A stretch of 64,000 nt of DNA from Alphaproteobacteria bacterium (GCA_965261975.1 CBDHEC010000051.1:32001-96000), one strand, 5' to 3'. Shown: positions 29,124 through 40,320, numbered from the stretch's first letter. The notes: generated from the sequence alone by a model not told the origin. Numbers and translations are program-made.

Positions 29124-30059
29124 CTATTCAGGATAGAACGCGCCGCGCAGGCCTTCGGCGGCGAAGTCGAGGGCTTCGAAGGCGGCATCGACATAACCAC
29201 CCATGCTGGGGAACAGGTGCGGGTAGCCCTCCCAGTTGCGCTGGCGCACGGGCACGCCCGCATCGGCGAGGCGTTCGGCGTAGGCGATACCCTCGTCACG
29301 CAGCGGATCATGGCTCGCGGTGATCACCGTTGCCGGCGGCAGCCCGGAGAAATCATTGGCCTGGAGTGGCGAGACGCGCGGGTCGTGGCGCAGCGCCTCA
29401 TCGTCGAGATAATTCTCCACCCACTTCTCCTGCATGCGCCTTGTCAGGACGGGGCCGTCGGCGTTCTCCACATAGGAGGGCGTATCAAAGATCAGGTTGG
29501 TGATCGGGCAGATAAGCACCTGCGCGGTCAGCGCGGGGCCGGTATTGCGGAGTTGCTGGGCGGTGACAGCCGTCAGGTTGCCGCCGGCGCTGTCGCCCGC
29601 GACGGCGATACGCGTCGGGTCGGCGCCGATCTCGTCGGCATGTTCATGCACCCAGCGGACCGCCCACTGGCAATCGTCGAAGGCGGCGGGGAATTTATGC
29701 TCGGGTGCGAGGCGATACTCGACGGACACGAAAATGGCGCGCGCCATATTGGCCATGTAGCGGCACTGGGGCTCCACCGTGTCATGGCTGCCGATGGTCC
29801 AGCCGCCGCCGTGAAAGTAGACGACCACCGGCATGGGTTGGTCGTCGGGCACCGTTAGGGGCACATACACGCGCAGCGGCACAGGGCCGCCCGGGCCGGT
29901 GGGGTACAGATCCAGCACGCGGCGCAGGGGCGCGGGGACCTGGTTCAGGAGGGCGACCTTTTCGCGCAAGGTCGCGCGGGCCTCGCCGGGTGAGAGGTCC
30001 GGGAAGCTCACGCCGGCCATCATGGCCACGGCCTTTTGGACTTGCGGGTGAAGTTCCAT
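29124..30059 (-). CDS. Hormone-sensitive-lipase family esterase (alpha/beta hydrolase)
   Basis: HGGGW, YRLAPEH, GDSAGG, DPLRD, H. Confidence 0.92.
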   Translation of the reverse strand: MELHPQVQKAVAMMAGVSFPDLSPGEARATLREKVALLNQVPAPLRRVLDLYPTGPGGPVPLRVYVPLTVPDDQPMPVVVYFHGGGWTIGSHDTVEPQCRYMANMARAIFVSVEYRLAPEHKFPAAFDDCQWAVRWVHEHADEIGADPTRIAVAGDSAGGNLTAVTAQQLRNTGPALTAQVLICPITNLIFDTPSYVENADGPVLTRRMQEKWVENYLDDEALRHDPRVSPLQANDFSGLPPATVITASHDPLRDEGIAYAERLADAGVPVRQRNWEGYPHLFPSMGGYVDAAFEALDFAAEGLRGAFYPE

Positions 30060-30207
30060 GACGCTTCGTCCTTCGAAATTTGATCCTTACGGACAAGAGA
30101 TGTGCCGAACGCGACGGGTTCCATAGTTGAACATCCGGGTTCCATTCTCAAATAGAAGCCGGTGCAGTTATTCACCTCGCCGCCGCGAGCCAACCTTGGA
30201 GAGAAGA

Positions 30208-31431
30208 ATGCGTACAGAAAAATTCGAGTTTCCGGGACATTCCGGCGAGATGCTGGCCGCGCGGCTGGATGCGCCGGAGCAGGCCCCGCGGGCCTATGCG
30301 CTGTTCGCCCATTGCTTCACCTGCACCAAGGATATCTATGCCGCCTCGCGGATTGCCCGCGCGTTGACGGAAACGGGGATCGCGGTTGTTCGGTTCGACT
30401 TCACCGGCCTCGGCCATTCCGAGGGCGAGTTCGCCAACACCAATTTCTCGTCCAACGTGGAAGACCTTGTCGCGGCCGCGAACCATATGCGCGACGCGCT
30501 GGCCGCCCCCCATCTGATCATCGGGCACAGCCTGGGCGGTGCGGCGGTCCTCGCGGCGGCGGGTCAGATAGACGAAGTGAAGGCTGTGGTCACCATCGGT
30601 GCGCCGGCGGAACCGGCCCATCTGGCGCACATGTTTACGGACTCGGCCGAGGAAATCGAGACCGCCGGCGAGGCGAACGTGTTGCTGGCCGGGCGCGAGT
30701 TCACGATCAAGAAACAGTTCCTCGACGATATCCAGGAGCAAACGCTGAGCGAATGTGTGGGCAAGCTCGGGCGCGCCCTGCTGGTCGTGCACAGCCCGAT
30801 CGACAACACGGTCGGAATCGAGAATGCCGCGGCGATCTTTGCGGCGGCCAAGCACCCGAAGAGCTTCGTCTCCCTCGATGATGCCGATCACCTGGTTTCC
30901 AAAAAGGAAGACGCCGAATATGCCGCGTCCGTCCTGGCCAGTTGGGCCAGCCGCTACATTCCAGCACAGGAAGAAACGGCAGAGTCCGGTGTGGCAGCGG
31001 GCGAGGGTGAAGTCGTGGTCGCGGAGACCGGCGAGAACCCGTTTGCCCAGGCGATCAGCGCCGGGGTGCATAGCCTGCGCGCGGATGAACCGCTCGATAT
31101 TGGCGGCGGCAACACGGGACCCACACCCTATGGCCTGCTGCTCTCCGGGCTCGGGGCCTGCACCTCGATGACCATTCGGATGTACGCCAACCGCAAGAAA
31201 TGGCCGCTGGAACGCGCGGTCGTGCGCCTGAAGCATGACAAGATTCACGCCCAGGACTGTGCGGACTGCGAGACCAAGGACGGGCGCATCGACCGGATCG
31301 AGAGGAGCATCGAGCTGATCGGTGAACTGGATGATGAGCAGCGTGCGAAGCTGCTTGAGATCGCCGACAAGTGCCCGGTCCACCGCACTCTGGAGAGCGA
31401 GGTGCAGGTGGAGACCGTTCTGGCGGATTAG
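30208..31431 (+). CDS. Bifunctional alpha/beta hydrolase / OsmC-family protein
   Basis: AHCFTC and GHSLGG in the hydrolase part; C-terminal DEP...GPTPY...GACT...KCPVHRTL. Confidence 0.92.
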   Translation: MRTEKFEFPGHSGEMLAARLDAPEQAPRAYALFAHCFTCTKDIYAASRIARALTETGIAVVRFDFTGLGHSEGEFANTNFSSNVEDLVAAANHMRDALAAPHLIIGHSLGGAAVLAAAGQIDEVKAVVTIGAPAEPAHLAHMFTDSAEEIETAGEANVLLAGREFTIKKQFLDDIQEQTLSECVGKLGRALLVVHSPIDNTVGIENAAAIFAAAKHPKSFVSLDDADHLVSKKEDAEYAASVLASWASRYIPAQEETAESGVAAGEGEVVVAETGENPFAQAISAGVHSLRADEPLDIGGGNTGPTPYGLLLSGLGACTSMTIRMYANRKKWPLERAVVRLKHDKIHAQDCADCETKDGRIDRIERSIELIGELDDEQRAKLLEIADKCPVHRTLESEVQVETVLAD

Positions 31432-31438
31432 CGGCGGA

Positions 31439-31900
31439 TTATGTCCACCAGCGCCCGCTGGCGCCGATCACGACGATGATCAGGCCCAGCGGCAGATTGA
31501 CCGCGATGATCTTGCGGATGCGATCCAGGTCCTTGCCCGCCTGTGGCCAGTCCTGACCGTCGACGGCTTCACGAAAATCGGCCCATGCACCCCAGTAGAG
31601 CCAGGCAAACAGCAGGACCATGACCCAGGCGATCCCCTGCATGATGTGAACATGGGCGCCGGCAAACGCGAAGCCGCCCTGGACCGTAAACAGCACCCAG
31701 TAGCCTGACGTGAACAGCAGGACGACCGACAGCCAGACCCAGGGGAAGAATTTCTGGAACACCGCCCGCATGAGCTGCAGCCGGGTTGGCGGCTCGGCGA
31801 GTGACCCAAGCGCCGGGCGCAGGCAGACATAGATGGCAAACATGCCGCCGACCCAGATGACGGCGCCGAGGATGTGAAGCGAGAGCGCGATGCTGGTCAT
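31439..31900 (-). CDS. CopD-like/DUF4149 membrane protein
   Basis: LHILGAVIWVGGMF...LRPA; four TM helices. Confidence 0.75.
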   Translation of the reverse strand: MTSIALSLHILGAVIWVGGMFAIYVCLRPALGSLAEPPTRLQLMRAVFQKFFPWVWLSVVLLFTSGYWVLFTVQGGFAFAGAHVHIMQGIAWVMVLLFAWLYWGAWADFREAVDGQDWPQAGKDLDRIRKIIAVNLPLGLIIVVIGASGRWWT

Positions 31901-31955
31901 GGAATCTCCGGCGGGATGGTGTGCGGCGCGCATTGTACGCGCCGCACGGCGTCGT

Positions 31956-34900
31956 TCAGTGAAAATTCCGTGACTTGATCGCGATGTGGGTGTTGCGGGG
32001 GTGTCGCCAGAGCGACGGTTTGGCGAGTTTGCGCCCGGTGCTGACGGATTTGCGCGGGTCGGGCCGCACGCCGTATTTGATTTCGTCGGCACGTGCCCAG
32101 GCGTTCTCGAACTCACGGGGTTCCTCGGCACTGCCATCACCGAGCGCATCGAGGCGGGCCGACAGGTCGGTGATTTCCTCGGCAATCAAATGGGTAACGA
32201 TGCCCTCGCGCTGCAACTTGCCCCTGATCCGCACCAGCCGTGACGACAGCACCACCTTGCGGAACCGCTCAAACACATCCGGCCAGACGATGACGTTGGC
32301 GACGCCGGTCTCATCCTCGAGGGTCAGGAAGATCACGCCCTTGGCGGTGCCCGGTCGCTGGCGGACCAAAATCAGCCCGGCCGTGGTCAGGCGCTGGTCG
32401 TTGGGGCGCTCGCGCAGTTCGCGGGCGGGCACGGCCTTCATTTCGTCGAGTTCGCCACGCAGCAGCCCCACCGGGTGATGCTTCAGGGACATGCGGATCG
32501 CGGCATAATCGTTGGCCACGACCTCGCCGGCGGTCTCGCCGGGTAACGCGATTGGCGTCTCGGGAATGGCGTCGCGGGCTTCAGCGGCGGCAAACAGGGG
32601 CAGGGCGGCGGCGGTCTCGCGGCCGTTATGGCCGAGGGCCCGGATCGCCCACAGGGCCTCGCGCCGCGCCAGCCCGAGAGAATCGAACCCGCCGGCCTCG
32701 GCAAGGGCCACGAGGGCGGCGGTGTTGATGTTGGTGCGGCGCCAGACATCCTCGACCGAGACGTAGCCTTCGTTCGGGCGTGCGTCCACAACCGCCTCGG
32801 CGGCCTCGCGGTTAAGAGACTTGATCTGCCGGAAGCCGAGGCGAAGCGCGTGGTTGTCGCCAATCAGAGGCTCCAGCCGGTTGTCCCACAGGGAATAGTT
32901 CACGTCGGGCCCGCGCACCTCGACATCATGCTCGCGGGCATCACGGACGATCTGGGCAGGTGCGTAGAAACCCATGGGCTGGCTGTTGAGCAGGGCGGCG
33001 GCGAAAACGTCCGGGTAGTGGCATTTGAGCCAGGAGGAGACATAGACCAGCAGCGCGAAGGAGGCCGCGTGGCTCTCGGGGAAGCCGTATTCGCCGAAGC
33101 CCTCAATCTGGCGGAAGCAGCGCTCGGCGAAGTCGCGGTCGTAGCCGCGCTCAGCCATGCCGTCGACCATCTTGGTGTGAAAGGTGTGGATGGTGCCTGT
33201 CTTGCGGAAGGTCGCCATGGCGCGGCGCAGCTGGTCGGCCTCGCCGGGGGTGAACCCGGCGGCGACGATAGCGATCTGCATCGCCTGTTCCTGAAACAGC
33301 GGCACGCCTAGGGTTTTGCCCAGCACGTCTTCGAGTTCCTGTGATGGAAACTCGACCGTCTCCAGCCCGTCGCGCCGCCGGATATAGGGATGCACCATGT
33401 CGCCCTGGATCGGGCCGGGGCGGATGATCGCCACCTCGATGACCAGATCGTAGAAGTTGCGCGGTTTCATGCGCGGCAGGACATCGCCATCTGCGCCCGG
33501 CTCTCGATCTGGAACACGCCGACCGTGAATCCGCTTTCGCCGATCATGTCGTAGACCGCCGGGTCTTCCGCCGGCACGCTCGCCAGCTCGAGCGGGCGGT
33601 CATAATGATCGGCGAGCAGGGTCGAAGGCCTTGCGGATCGCAGGTCAGCATGCCCAGCGCGAGCACGTCGATCTTCAGGATGCCCAGCGCATCGAGATCG
33701 TCCTTGTCCCACTCGATCACCGTGCGGTCGTCCATCGCCGCATTCTCGATGGGCACCATTGCGTCGAGCCGGTCACGTCGCGTGATGACGAAGCCGCCGA
33801 CATGCTGCGACAGGTGCCGCGGAAAACCGATCAGCTCGATCGCGTCAGGTTGAGTGCGAGGCCCAGCCGGTTGTCGCTCGGGTCGAGGCCCAGCTGAGCG
33901 CACCACCTCATCGCGCACGCCCTCGTTGGACCAGCCCCACCACCTGTCCCGACAAGGCGAGCTTGTCGACCGTGTCTTCTGTCAGGCCGAGTGCCTTGCC
34001 GACATCGCGCAGGGCCGAGCTTGCGTGCGGTAGGTGATGACCGTAGCGGCCAGTCCGGCCCGATGGCGGCCGTATTTCGCGATAGATGTACTGGATCACT
34101 TCTTCCCGGCGTTCATGCTCGAAATCCACGTCGATATCCGGTGGTTCGTTGCGCTCGGCGGAGATGAACCGCTCGAACAGCAGGTCGAGACGGTCCGGAT
34201 CCACGGCGGTGATGTCCAGGCAGAAGCACACGGCCGAATTCGCCGCCGACCCGCGCCCCTGGCACAGGATGTCCCGGGAGCGCGCGAAACGGACGATGTC
34301 GTGGACCGTCAGGAAGTAGGCGGCGTAACGAAGCTCGGCGATCAGGCTGAGCTCATGTTCGAGCTGGGCGCGGACTTTCGCGGAGATGCCGTCGGGATAG
34401 CGCTTGGCCGCACCACGCCAGGTGAGCCGGGCCAGCTCGGCATCCGGCGTGCGCCCGGCGGCCACCGGCTCGGCGGGGTATTCGTAACGCAGCTCATCGA
34501 GGGAAAACCCGCATTTGGCGGCGATGTCGCCGGTCCGGGCGATCGCGTCGGGGTAATCGCGAAACAACCGTGCCATTTCGTTTGCGGGCTTCAGGTGGCG
34601 CTCGGCGTTAACCGCCAAGCGGCGGCCCGCATTGTCGATGGTGCAATGCTCGCGGATGCAGGTGACGACGTCGGCCAGTGCGCGCCGCTCGACCGCGTGA
34701 TAACGCACATCGTTGGTGGCCACGAGGGGCGTGGTGCAGGCATCCGCGATGGCGGCCAGCCGGGCCAGCCTCCTTGTGTCGTCGCCCCGGTAGAGATGGC
34801 TGGCGGCGAGGTAAGTTTCTGATTCAAGTTCGCCGGATAGACGATTCAAAAAGCTGGAGAAAATGCCGGTGGCCGTTTCCGTCAGGTCGTCGGGTGGAAG

Positions 34901-35308
34901 GGCGAGGAGGATCTGTCCTGCGCCACATAGAAACACGCCCTCCGGATTGGTCAGGTCGGCGAGTGTTAAATGGCACTGGGCCTTTTCCGCGCGGCGCTTG
35001 CCCAGGGTCAGGAGTTGGGACAGGCGCGAGTAGGCGGCCTTGTCCGTCGGTAGGCAAATCAGGGGTGGACAATCGTCCATGAAGTCCAGCCGTACGCCGA
35101 CGATCACCCGGATTCCGGCCTGTTTCGCCCCCAAATGCCCGCGTACCACCCCCGCCAGCGTGTTGCGGTCGGTGATGGCGACGGCCCGATGGCCCAGTTC
35201 GGCGGCCCGCGCGGCCAGCTCTTCGGGGTGGGCGGCACCTTCGAGGAACGAGAAGTTGCTGGTCACCTGGAGTTCGACATATTCGGGCGCGGTATTGATC
35301 ACGTTCAT
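31956..35308 (-). CDS. dnaE2: Error-prone DNA polymerase DnaE2 with multiple frameshifts at about 33470-34085
   Basis: [53 protein letters not shown] and terminal SRNFH, split over four ORFs. Confidence 0.93.
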
Positions 35309-36966
35309 CCGAACAGCCCGTGCAGGAACCAGCGGGGCAGGGTGTCGGCGGCTTTGCTGTCATACAGGCCCTCTCGATAAAGCCAGAAGCGGCGGCCGTC
35401 CGTGTCTTCCACCCGGTAATAGTCGCGAGTGTCGGCGTCGAGCAGGTCGCCGCCGGGTGCGCGCCACCATTCGGGCTCGATCCGCTCGGGCCCCTCGGCG
35501 CGGGTGATCCGGTGGGTGTGTCCGCGCCAGCGAAACAACACCGGTGGGTCGTCGGGCACCGGGGCCATGGCCTCGACCGGTTCGGGCCGGGCGAGTAGGC
35601 GCGGCGGCCGGGGTTGCGGGGGGTGCCATGAGGCAGAGCCGGGGGATTCCGCCAGGGCAGATGCGCCTTCCTGCACCCGCTCGGGCAGATGGGTGTCGCG
35701 GGCGGCAAAGCGCATCACATTGTCGGGGCCGAGACGCCCGGCCAGACGATCGACCAGGCGTTCCAGGGCGGCGGGATCACTGTCACGTTGCCCTCTTTCT
35801 CCTGTGGCAAGACGAGTCTGGGTGGCACGTAACGGCTCGGTGACCACCGCGGCGAGGGTCAGGGTCTCGACCATGGCCTCGGCGGCCGCACTCAGGGGGT
35901 CGGGCGCGGAGGTCGGCGGCTCGGGCAGGCGCTCAAGCTGTTCGTTGAGCAATCGTGCGAGATGATCGGGATCGTGGCTCGCCCGGCTGGTGCCGGCCAT
36001 GATCGTGTCGACCCGTCCGCCGACCCGGTAGAGACACAGCTCCAGCCGGCGGGCACCGCGTTCGGCCCGGGCGAGGCGATTGCACAGCGCCTCGGTCAGG
36101 TTGCGGGCGGCCGCCGCGATGTGTTCCTCGCGGCCCAGCGCCTCGGCGAACGCGGTGCGCAGACGCCAGATGGGGGCGGGTGCGCGAGGGGAGATCGGCT
36201 CGTCGACCCGCCCCAGGGCCTGGTCCAGTCGGCGGGCAGGCAATTCCCCGAACCGGCGCGCCAGACCCGCGCGCGGCAGGTCCGCCAGATTGGCGATATT
36301 GCGCAGACCCAGCCGTTCGAGGCCGTCGAGAATGTCCGGCGGCAGACGCAGGGCTGCGTTGGGGAAGGGGGCGAGCCGGCCGGCGTGCTCGCCTGCGGGA
36401 AAGATCACGCAGCGCGCCTTGCCGGGTTTGCCAAAGCGCGCCGCGGCCCAGGCGGCTCCCGCCGTATCGGCGAGGCCGGCCCGCGCGGTGTAGCCGATGG
36501 TTGCCAGACGTGCAGTCATGTCGTCGAGCATGGCCGCTTCGCCGCCGAACAGATGCGCGCAGCCGGACACATCCAGCCAGATGCCCGCAGCACCACCGTT
36601 CTCCAGCCCCGAGGGGGCGGTCCAAGGCGTATAGCGGGTGCCCCAGGCCGCGATACGCTCCAGGGTCGCGCTGTCGCCCGCCGGGTCCGCGTCATGAACT
36701 GCGACATCGGGCATCAGCGCGCGGGCGTCGGCAAGGGTCTGGCCCGGGGACAGCCCGGCCTTCTGGGCGGCCAAAGTCACCGCGCTCAGGCGCACGGCAC
36801 CCCCTTCGGGCATGGCCATGACCAGTTCAGGCCGTGCGGCGGTAGTTTCTTGCGCGCGGGATTGCCGCTTCATCCGGCGTTCCAGGTTCCGGTGGCAGCG
36901 GTCGGTCGCGAAGCGGGGAAACCAGAGCGAAACCACCCGCCGTTTGGGGTTTATCCTGTCCGTCAT
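35305..36966 (-). CDS. imuB: ImuB (Y-family polymerase homologue)
   Basis: RYTPW, LDVSGCAHLFGGE, GPERIEPEWW, RDYYRVED, WFLHGLF. Confidence 0.93.
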   Translation of the reverse strand: MTDRINPKRRVVSLWFPRFATDRCHRNLERRMKRQSRAQETTAARPELVMAMPEGGAVRLSAVTLAAQKAGLSPGQTLADARALMPDVAVHDADPAGDSATLERIAAWGTRYTPWTAPSGLENGGAAGIWLDVSGCAHLFGGEAAMLDDMTARLATIGYTARAGLADTAGAAWAAARFGKPGKARCVIFPAGEHAGRLAPFPNAALRLPPDILDGLERLGLRNIANLADLPRAGLARRFGELPARRLDQALGRVDEPISPRAPAPIWRLRTAFAEALGREEHIAAAARNLTEALCNRLARAERGARRLELCLYRVGGRVDTIMAGTSRASHDPDHLARLLNEQLERLPEPPTSAPDPLSAAAEAMVETLTLAAVVTEPLRATQTRLATGERGQRDSDPAALERLVDRLAGRLGPDNVMRFAARDTHLPERVQEGASALAESPGSASWHPPQPRPPRLLARPEPVEAMAPVPDDPPVLFRWRGHTHRITRAEGPERIEPEWWRAPGGDLLDADTRDYYRVEDTDGRRFWLYREGLYDSKAADTLPRWFLHGLFG

Positions 36967-37702
36967 CGCTCCATTCCAGTTGCCAGGTCTTGGGGCGCCC
37001 ACCCCGGGCGCGCAGCAGTTCGGCCCGCCAGCGTGTGACGCCGGGCAGGTTGGCGTATTCGGCGGGTCCGCCCGGCAGCGCGGCGATCCGCCAGCGGCTG
37101 ACGCTCGCGGTCGGGGGCAGGGCACCCATATCCCGGCGCAGCAGCAGGCCGAGCCCGCCACCGGTTTCGGCGGCGAGTTGCAGGCGGCGGCTGGCGGTGA
37201 GATCCATATCCTCGATTTCCGCGCAGACCAGCCCGACTGTCGGCGCGCGGAGCGCCTCTTCCATGGCCCATAACGCCGTCGCGGCGAAATCGCCGCCCCC
37301 TGACGGCGGTATCCGCACCGCTATCAGATCGGAAGGGTCGAGACCAAACCCGGCGAGCCCCGGCGCGTAGAGACTTTCTCGCGGGCCAGTGCGGGGCGCG
37401 ATCCAGACGACCGGCCGCGCGCGGGCTTGTTGGGCCTTGCCCGCCAGCGCGGCGGCGAAGGCCGTGACCGCGCCATTCAGGGCGCCGCCGATCTTGCTGG
37501 TGCTGTTCGAGGTGGGGGCGTCACCATCGAGGAGTTCATGAACCGCTCCCGTCGCCAGCCCGCGCCAGGGCAGATGTTCGTCGATCGCCGGAATACCGAA
37601 GGCAAGGCCTGTGTCATCACTGAATGGACTCCCGTCGCCGCCGCGCTCGATGGCGGCGATGCGGCTGCGCAGCCGCTGGAGGAGTTGGGGATCCGCCGGC
37701 AC
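36827..37702 (-). CDS. imuA: ImuA (RecA-like mutasome accessory protein)
   Basis: GAVHEL, LYAPGL..FGLDP, LWAMEEAL, LTASRRLQLAAE. Confidence 0.9.
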   Translation of the reverse strand: MPADPQLLQRLRSRIAAIERGGDGSPFSDDTGLAFGIPAIDEHLPWRGLATGAVHELLDGDAPTSNSTSKIGGALNGAVTAFAAALAGKAQQARARPVVWIAPRTGPRESLYAPGLAGFGLDPSDLIAVRIPPSGGGDFAATALWAMEEALRAPTVGLVCAEIEDMDLTASRRLQLAAETGGGLGLLLRRDMGALPPTASVSRWRIAALPGGPAEYANLPGVTRWRAELLRARGGRPKTWQLEWSDDGQDKPQTAGGFALVSPLRDRPLPPEPGTPDEAAIPRARNYRRTA

Positions 37703-37729
37703 CGTTGCTGTGTTCCGTTCTCGTTAAGT

Positions 37730-37744
37730 GTTCTTATTTTGTTC
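37730..37744 (-). promoter_or_regulatory. Alphaproteobacterial LexA (SOS) box
   Basis: GTTC-TTATTTT-GTTC (GAAC-N7-GAAC on the minus strand), 28 nt upstream of imuA. Confidence 0.88.
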
Positions 37745-37903
37745 TAGTTTTCGAGAACGGGGGAGTCAAAGCGGAGTGCAGGTGTGTGACCCGCCACCCA
37801 GACAACGTCCACCGTGATTGCGCCGGACCGGCTCGCGCAATAGGCTGCATACAAACAACAACGAAAATTCTGCGTGATACGCGCGCAGCGGGGAAACCCT
37901 CAC

Positions 37904-38185
37904 ATGCTTTACTTCGTCTACCGGGTGGACAAACCCGGCACCCATGATCTGCGGATGGAGACCCGCCCGGCGCATATGGAATATGCCGAAGAGATTGGCG
38001 ACAAGCTGTTCTTCGCCGGGCCGACGATGGATGATGACGGGAACATGAATGCCAGCGTGTGGATCGTCGATGCGACCGACCGTGCGGAAGCCGAGGCGAT
38101 CACGGCGGCAGATCCCTATGAGAAAGCCGATCTGTTCGAGACCAAGATCATTCGCAAATTCATCAAGACCGCCGGAACGGGCTGA
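37904..38185 (+). CDS. YciI family protein
   Basis: DKPG...R...RPAH..Y, AGP, DPY. Confidence 0.88.
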   Translation: MLYFVYRVDKPGTHDLRMETRPAHMEYAEEIGDKLFFAGPTMDDDGNMNASVWIVDATDRAEAEAITAADPYEKADLFETKIIRKFIKTAGTG

Positions 38186-38216
38186 CCGTCTAACGTAAAT
38201 ACGGGGGAGAGAGACC

Positions 38217-39395
38217 ATGTTTGTCGCCACCAAGGACAAGGTGTTGCAGACCACCACGACCGGGGCGCTGCCGCGGCCGAGCTGGTACACGGAAAATCTG
38301 CGCGGCGCGCCGCTGTCGACGGGCTTTGCCCAGCGCGCCTACCGGGAACAGCATTTCGACTGCCTGGCCTGCCACACGGCGGCCCAGAACCGCGCGGGCA
38401 TAGACATCCTGGTCGACGGCGACACGCGGCTCGACGACGACGTGGCCGGGCGCAGCTGGGTGAGCTACGCATACGAGCGCATCGAGGGCTTCGGCCCGCC
38501 GGGCGTCGCCGTGCAGCCCTATGCCGCGATGGCCGACAAGGGGCCGGGGGACCTGATCTGGGAAGTCATCGAGACCCGCCTGACACCCCATGTGACGGGC
38601 CCTGTCGGCAAGACCGACCTGCAGCTCGACCGGGCCTACAAGGCCATGGCGGGGATGACCGACAAGCCGGTGAAGATCGGCTCGATCTCGGCCCAGGTGA
38701 TCAGCCATATGTGCATCAACGATCACTATGACGACACCCGCGACCTGCTGATGGCGCTGTCCGATGCCTTCAACGCCGAGTATCACGCGCTGGCGGATGC
38801 TGGCGCGCCGCTGTTGCAGGTCGAGGAGCCGTCGATCCACCAGTCGATGCAGGTGCCCGAGCAGGAGGTCTCGGCCGAGCAGTATGTCGAGGCGTTCAAC
38901 CGGGAGGTGGCGGGCCTGCGCGACAAGACGGAGGTCTGGTGCCACACCTGCTGGGGCTCGCCCGCGGCCCAGAAGATGTTTGCCGAGCACGCCTCCTACG
39001 AACACGCATTGCCCTATCTGGATCAGCTCGATGTGGACGTGATCACCGTCGAGGGCACGACCAACAACGGCATGGACTTGGAACATTTCGGCAAGCTGAT
39101 CTCGAAGGACAAGAAGATCGCGCTGGGCGTGATCAGCCATCGCACCCTGCAGGTCGAGCGGCCGGAAGACGTGGCCGACCTGATCCGCCGGGCGCTCAAG
39201 CATATCGAGCCGGAGCGGCTGATCCTGTCGAGCGATTGCGGCTTCGGGCGCGGGGCGGCGAGCCGCATGCACGCCTTCTACAAGATGGTCTCGCTGGTGC
39301 GCGGCGCCAACATGGTGCGCAAGGAACTGGGTCTCGAAGAGGTGTATGTGCCGGCGACGGACCCGCAGATTTCCATGGTGCCGATCGCCGAGTAG
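38217..39395 (+). CDS. Cobalamin-independent methionine synthase II family protein (MetE C-terminal-like zinc thiol alkyltransferase)
   Basis: TTTTGALPRP, DILVDGD, zinc ligands HTCWG...E...DCGFG; single barrel of 392 aa. Confidence 0.85.
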   Translation: MFVATKDKVLQTTTTGALPRPSWYTENLRGAPLSTGFAQRAYREQHFDCLACHTAAQNRAGIDILVDGDTRLDDDVAGRSWVSYAYERIEGFGPPGVAVQPYAAMADKGPGDLIWEVIETRLTPHVTGPVGKTDLQLDRAYKAMAGMTDKPVKIGSISAQVISHMCINDHYDDTRDLLMALSDAFNAEYHALADAGAPLLQVEEPSIHQSMQVPEQEVSAEQYVEAFNREVAGLRDKTEVWCHTCWGSPAAQKMFAEHASYEHALPYLDQLDVDVITVEGTTNNGMDLEHFGKLISKDKKIALGVISHRTLQVERPEDVADLIRRALKHIEPERLILSSDCGFGRGAASRMHAFYKMVSLVRGANMVRKELGLEEVYVPATDPQISMVPIAE

Positions 39396-39408
39396 GAGAG
39401 GCAAAAAG

Positions 39409-40320
39409 ATGGCCAACGTCTATGCAAAAAGCCCGGGTACACGGCCCGAAGGCAACGTCGACACCAAGCGCGAACACGTGCGCGAACGGCGGAACTTCCG
39501 GCACATCGAGGTGCGGCCCTATGCGCCCAATCTCGGGGCGGAAGTACGCGGCATCGATCTGGCCAACGGGCTGACCGAAGACCAGTTCGCGGAAGTCCAC
39601 CAGGCCCACCTCGACCACCAGGTGCTGTTCTTCAAGGAGCAGTCACCCATCGCGCCCGAGGTCCAGATCGCGATCGGCGAGATGTTCGGCGAGCTTCACT
39701 ATCACCCGGGCAACCCGGGCAAGGACGGCTTCCCGGCGATCATGGAGATTCACGCCCACGGGGGTTCAAAGACGGCCAACGGGGAGTACTGGCATTCCGA
39801 CGTGTCGTGCGACGCCGAGCCGCCCCTGGGCACCATGCTGCAGCTCCACATCCTGCCCGAAAGCGGCGGCGATACCATGTTTGCCGACAGCTATGCGGCC
39901 TGGGACATGCTGTCGGACCCGCTGAAGGCCATGCTCGACGGGATGTCAGCGACCCATGACGGCGAGCATATCTATCGCGGCCGCTACAAGGATTTCGGCG
40001 TGGACGACACCGGCAAGGTCTATCCGTCGGCGGTGCACCCCATCGCGCGGACCCATCCGGAGACCGGCCGCAAGGCGCTCTACGTCAATCGCGGCTTCAC
40101 CACCGGGGTCGTCGGGCTCGAGCCGGACGAGAGCGAGGCGATCCTCGATTTCCTGCTGGACCATGTCGAGAAGATCGACTTCCAGATCCGCTACCGCTGG
40201 GAGCTGAACGATCTGGCCTTCTGGGACAATCGCTGTGTCATGCACCGCGCGCTGTGGGACTACTGGCCCGCCGAGCGCAAGGGCCACCGGGTGACCATCA
40301 AGGGCGATAAGCCGGTTTAG
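39409..40320 (+). CDS. TauD/TfdA family Fe(II)/2-oxoglutarate dioxygenase
   Basis: GAEV.GIDL, WHSDVS, GGDTMF, HPETGRKALYVN, WDNRCVMHRA. Confidence 0.92.
   Translation: MANVYAKSPGTRPEGNVDTKREHVRERRNFRHIEVRPYAPNLGAEVRGIDLANGLTEDQFAEVHQAHLDHQVLFFKEQSPIAPEVQIAIGEMFGELHYHPGNPGKDGFPAIMEIHAHGGSKTANGEYWHSDVSCDAEPPLGTMLQLHILPESGGDTMFADSYAAWDMLSDPLKAMLDGMSATHDGEHIYRGRYKDFGVDDTGKVYPSAVHPIARTHPETGRKALYVNRGFTTGVVGLEPDESEAILDFLLDHVEKIDFQIRYRWELNDLAFWDNRCVMHRALWDYWPAERKGHRVTIKGDKPV

Noticed and set aside
24286-31383. Long antisense ORFs (for example 24286..25233, 26985..28232, 30172..31383; similarly 10668..11906, 38190..39416, 61552..62889)
   Set aside because: Shadow frames opposite well-supported genes, expected in high-GC DNA, with no recognisable motifs.
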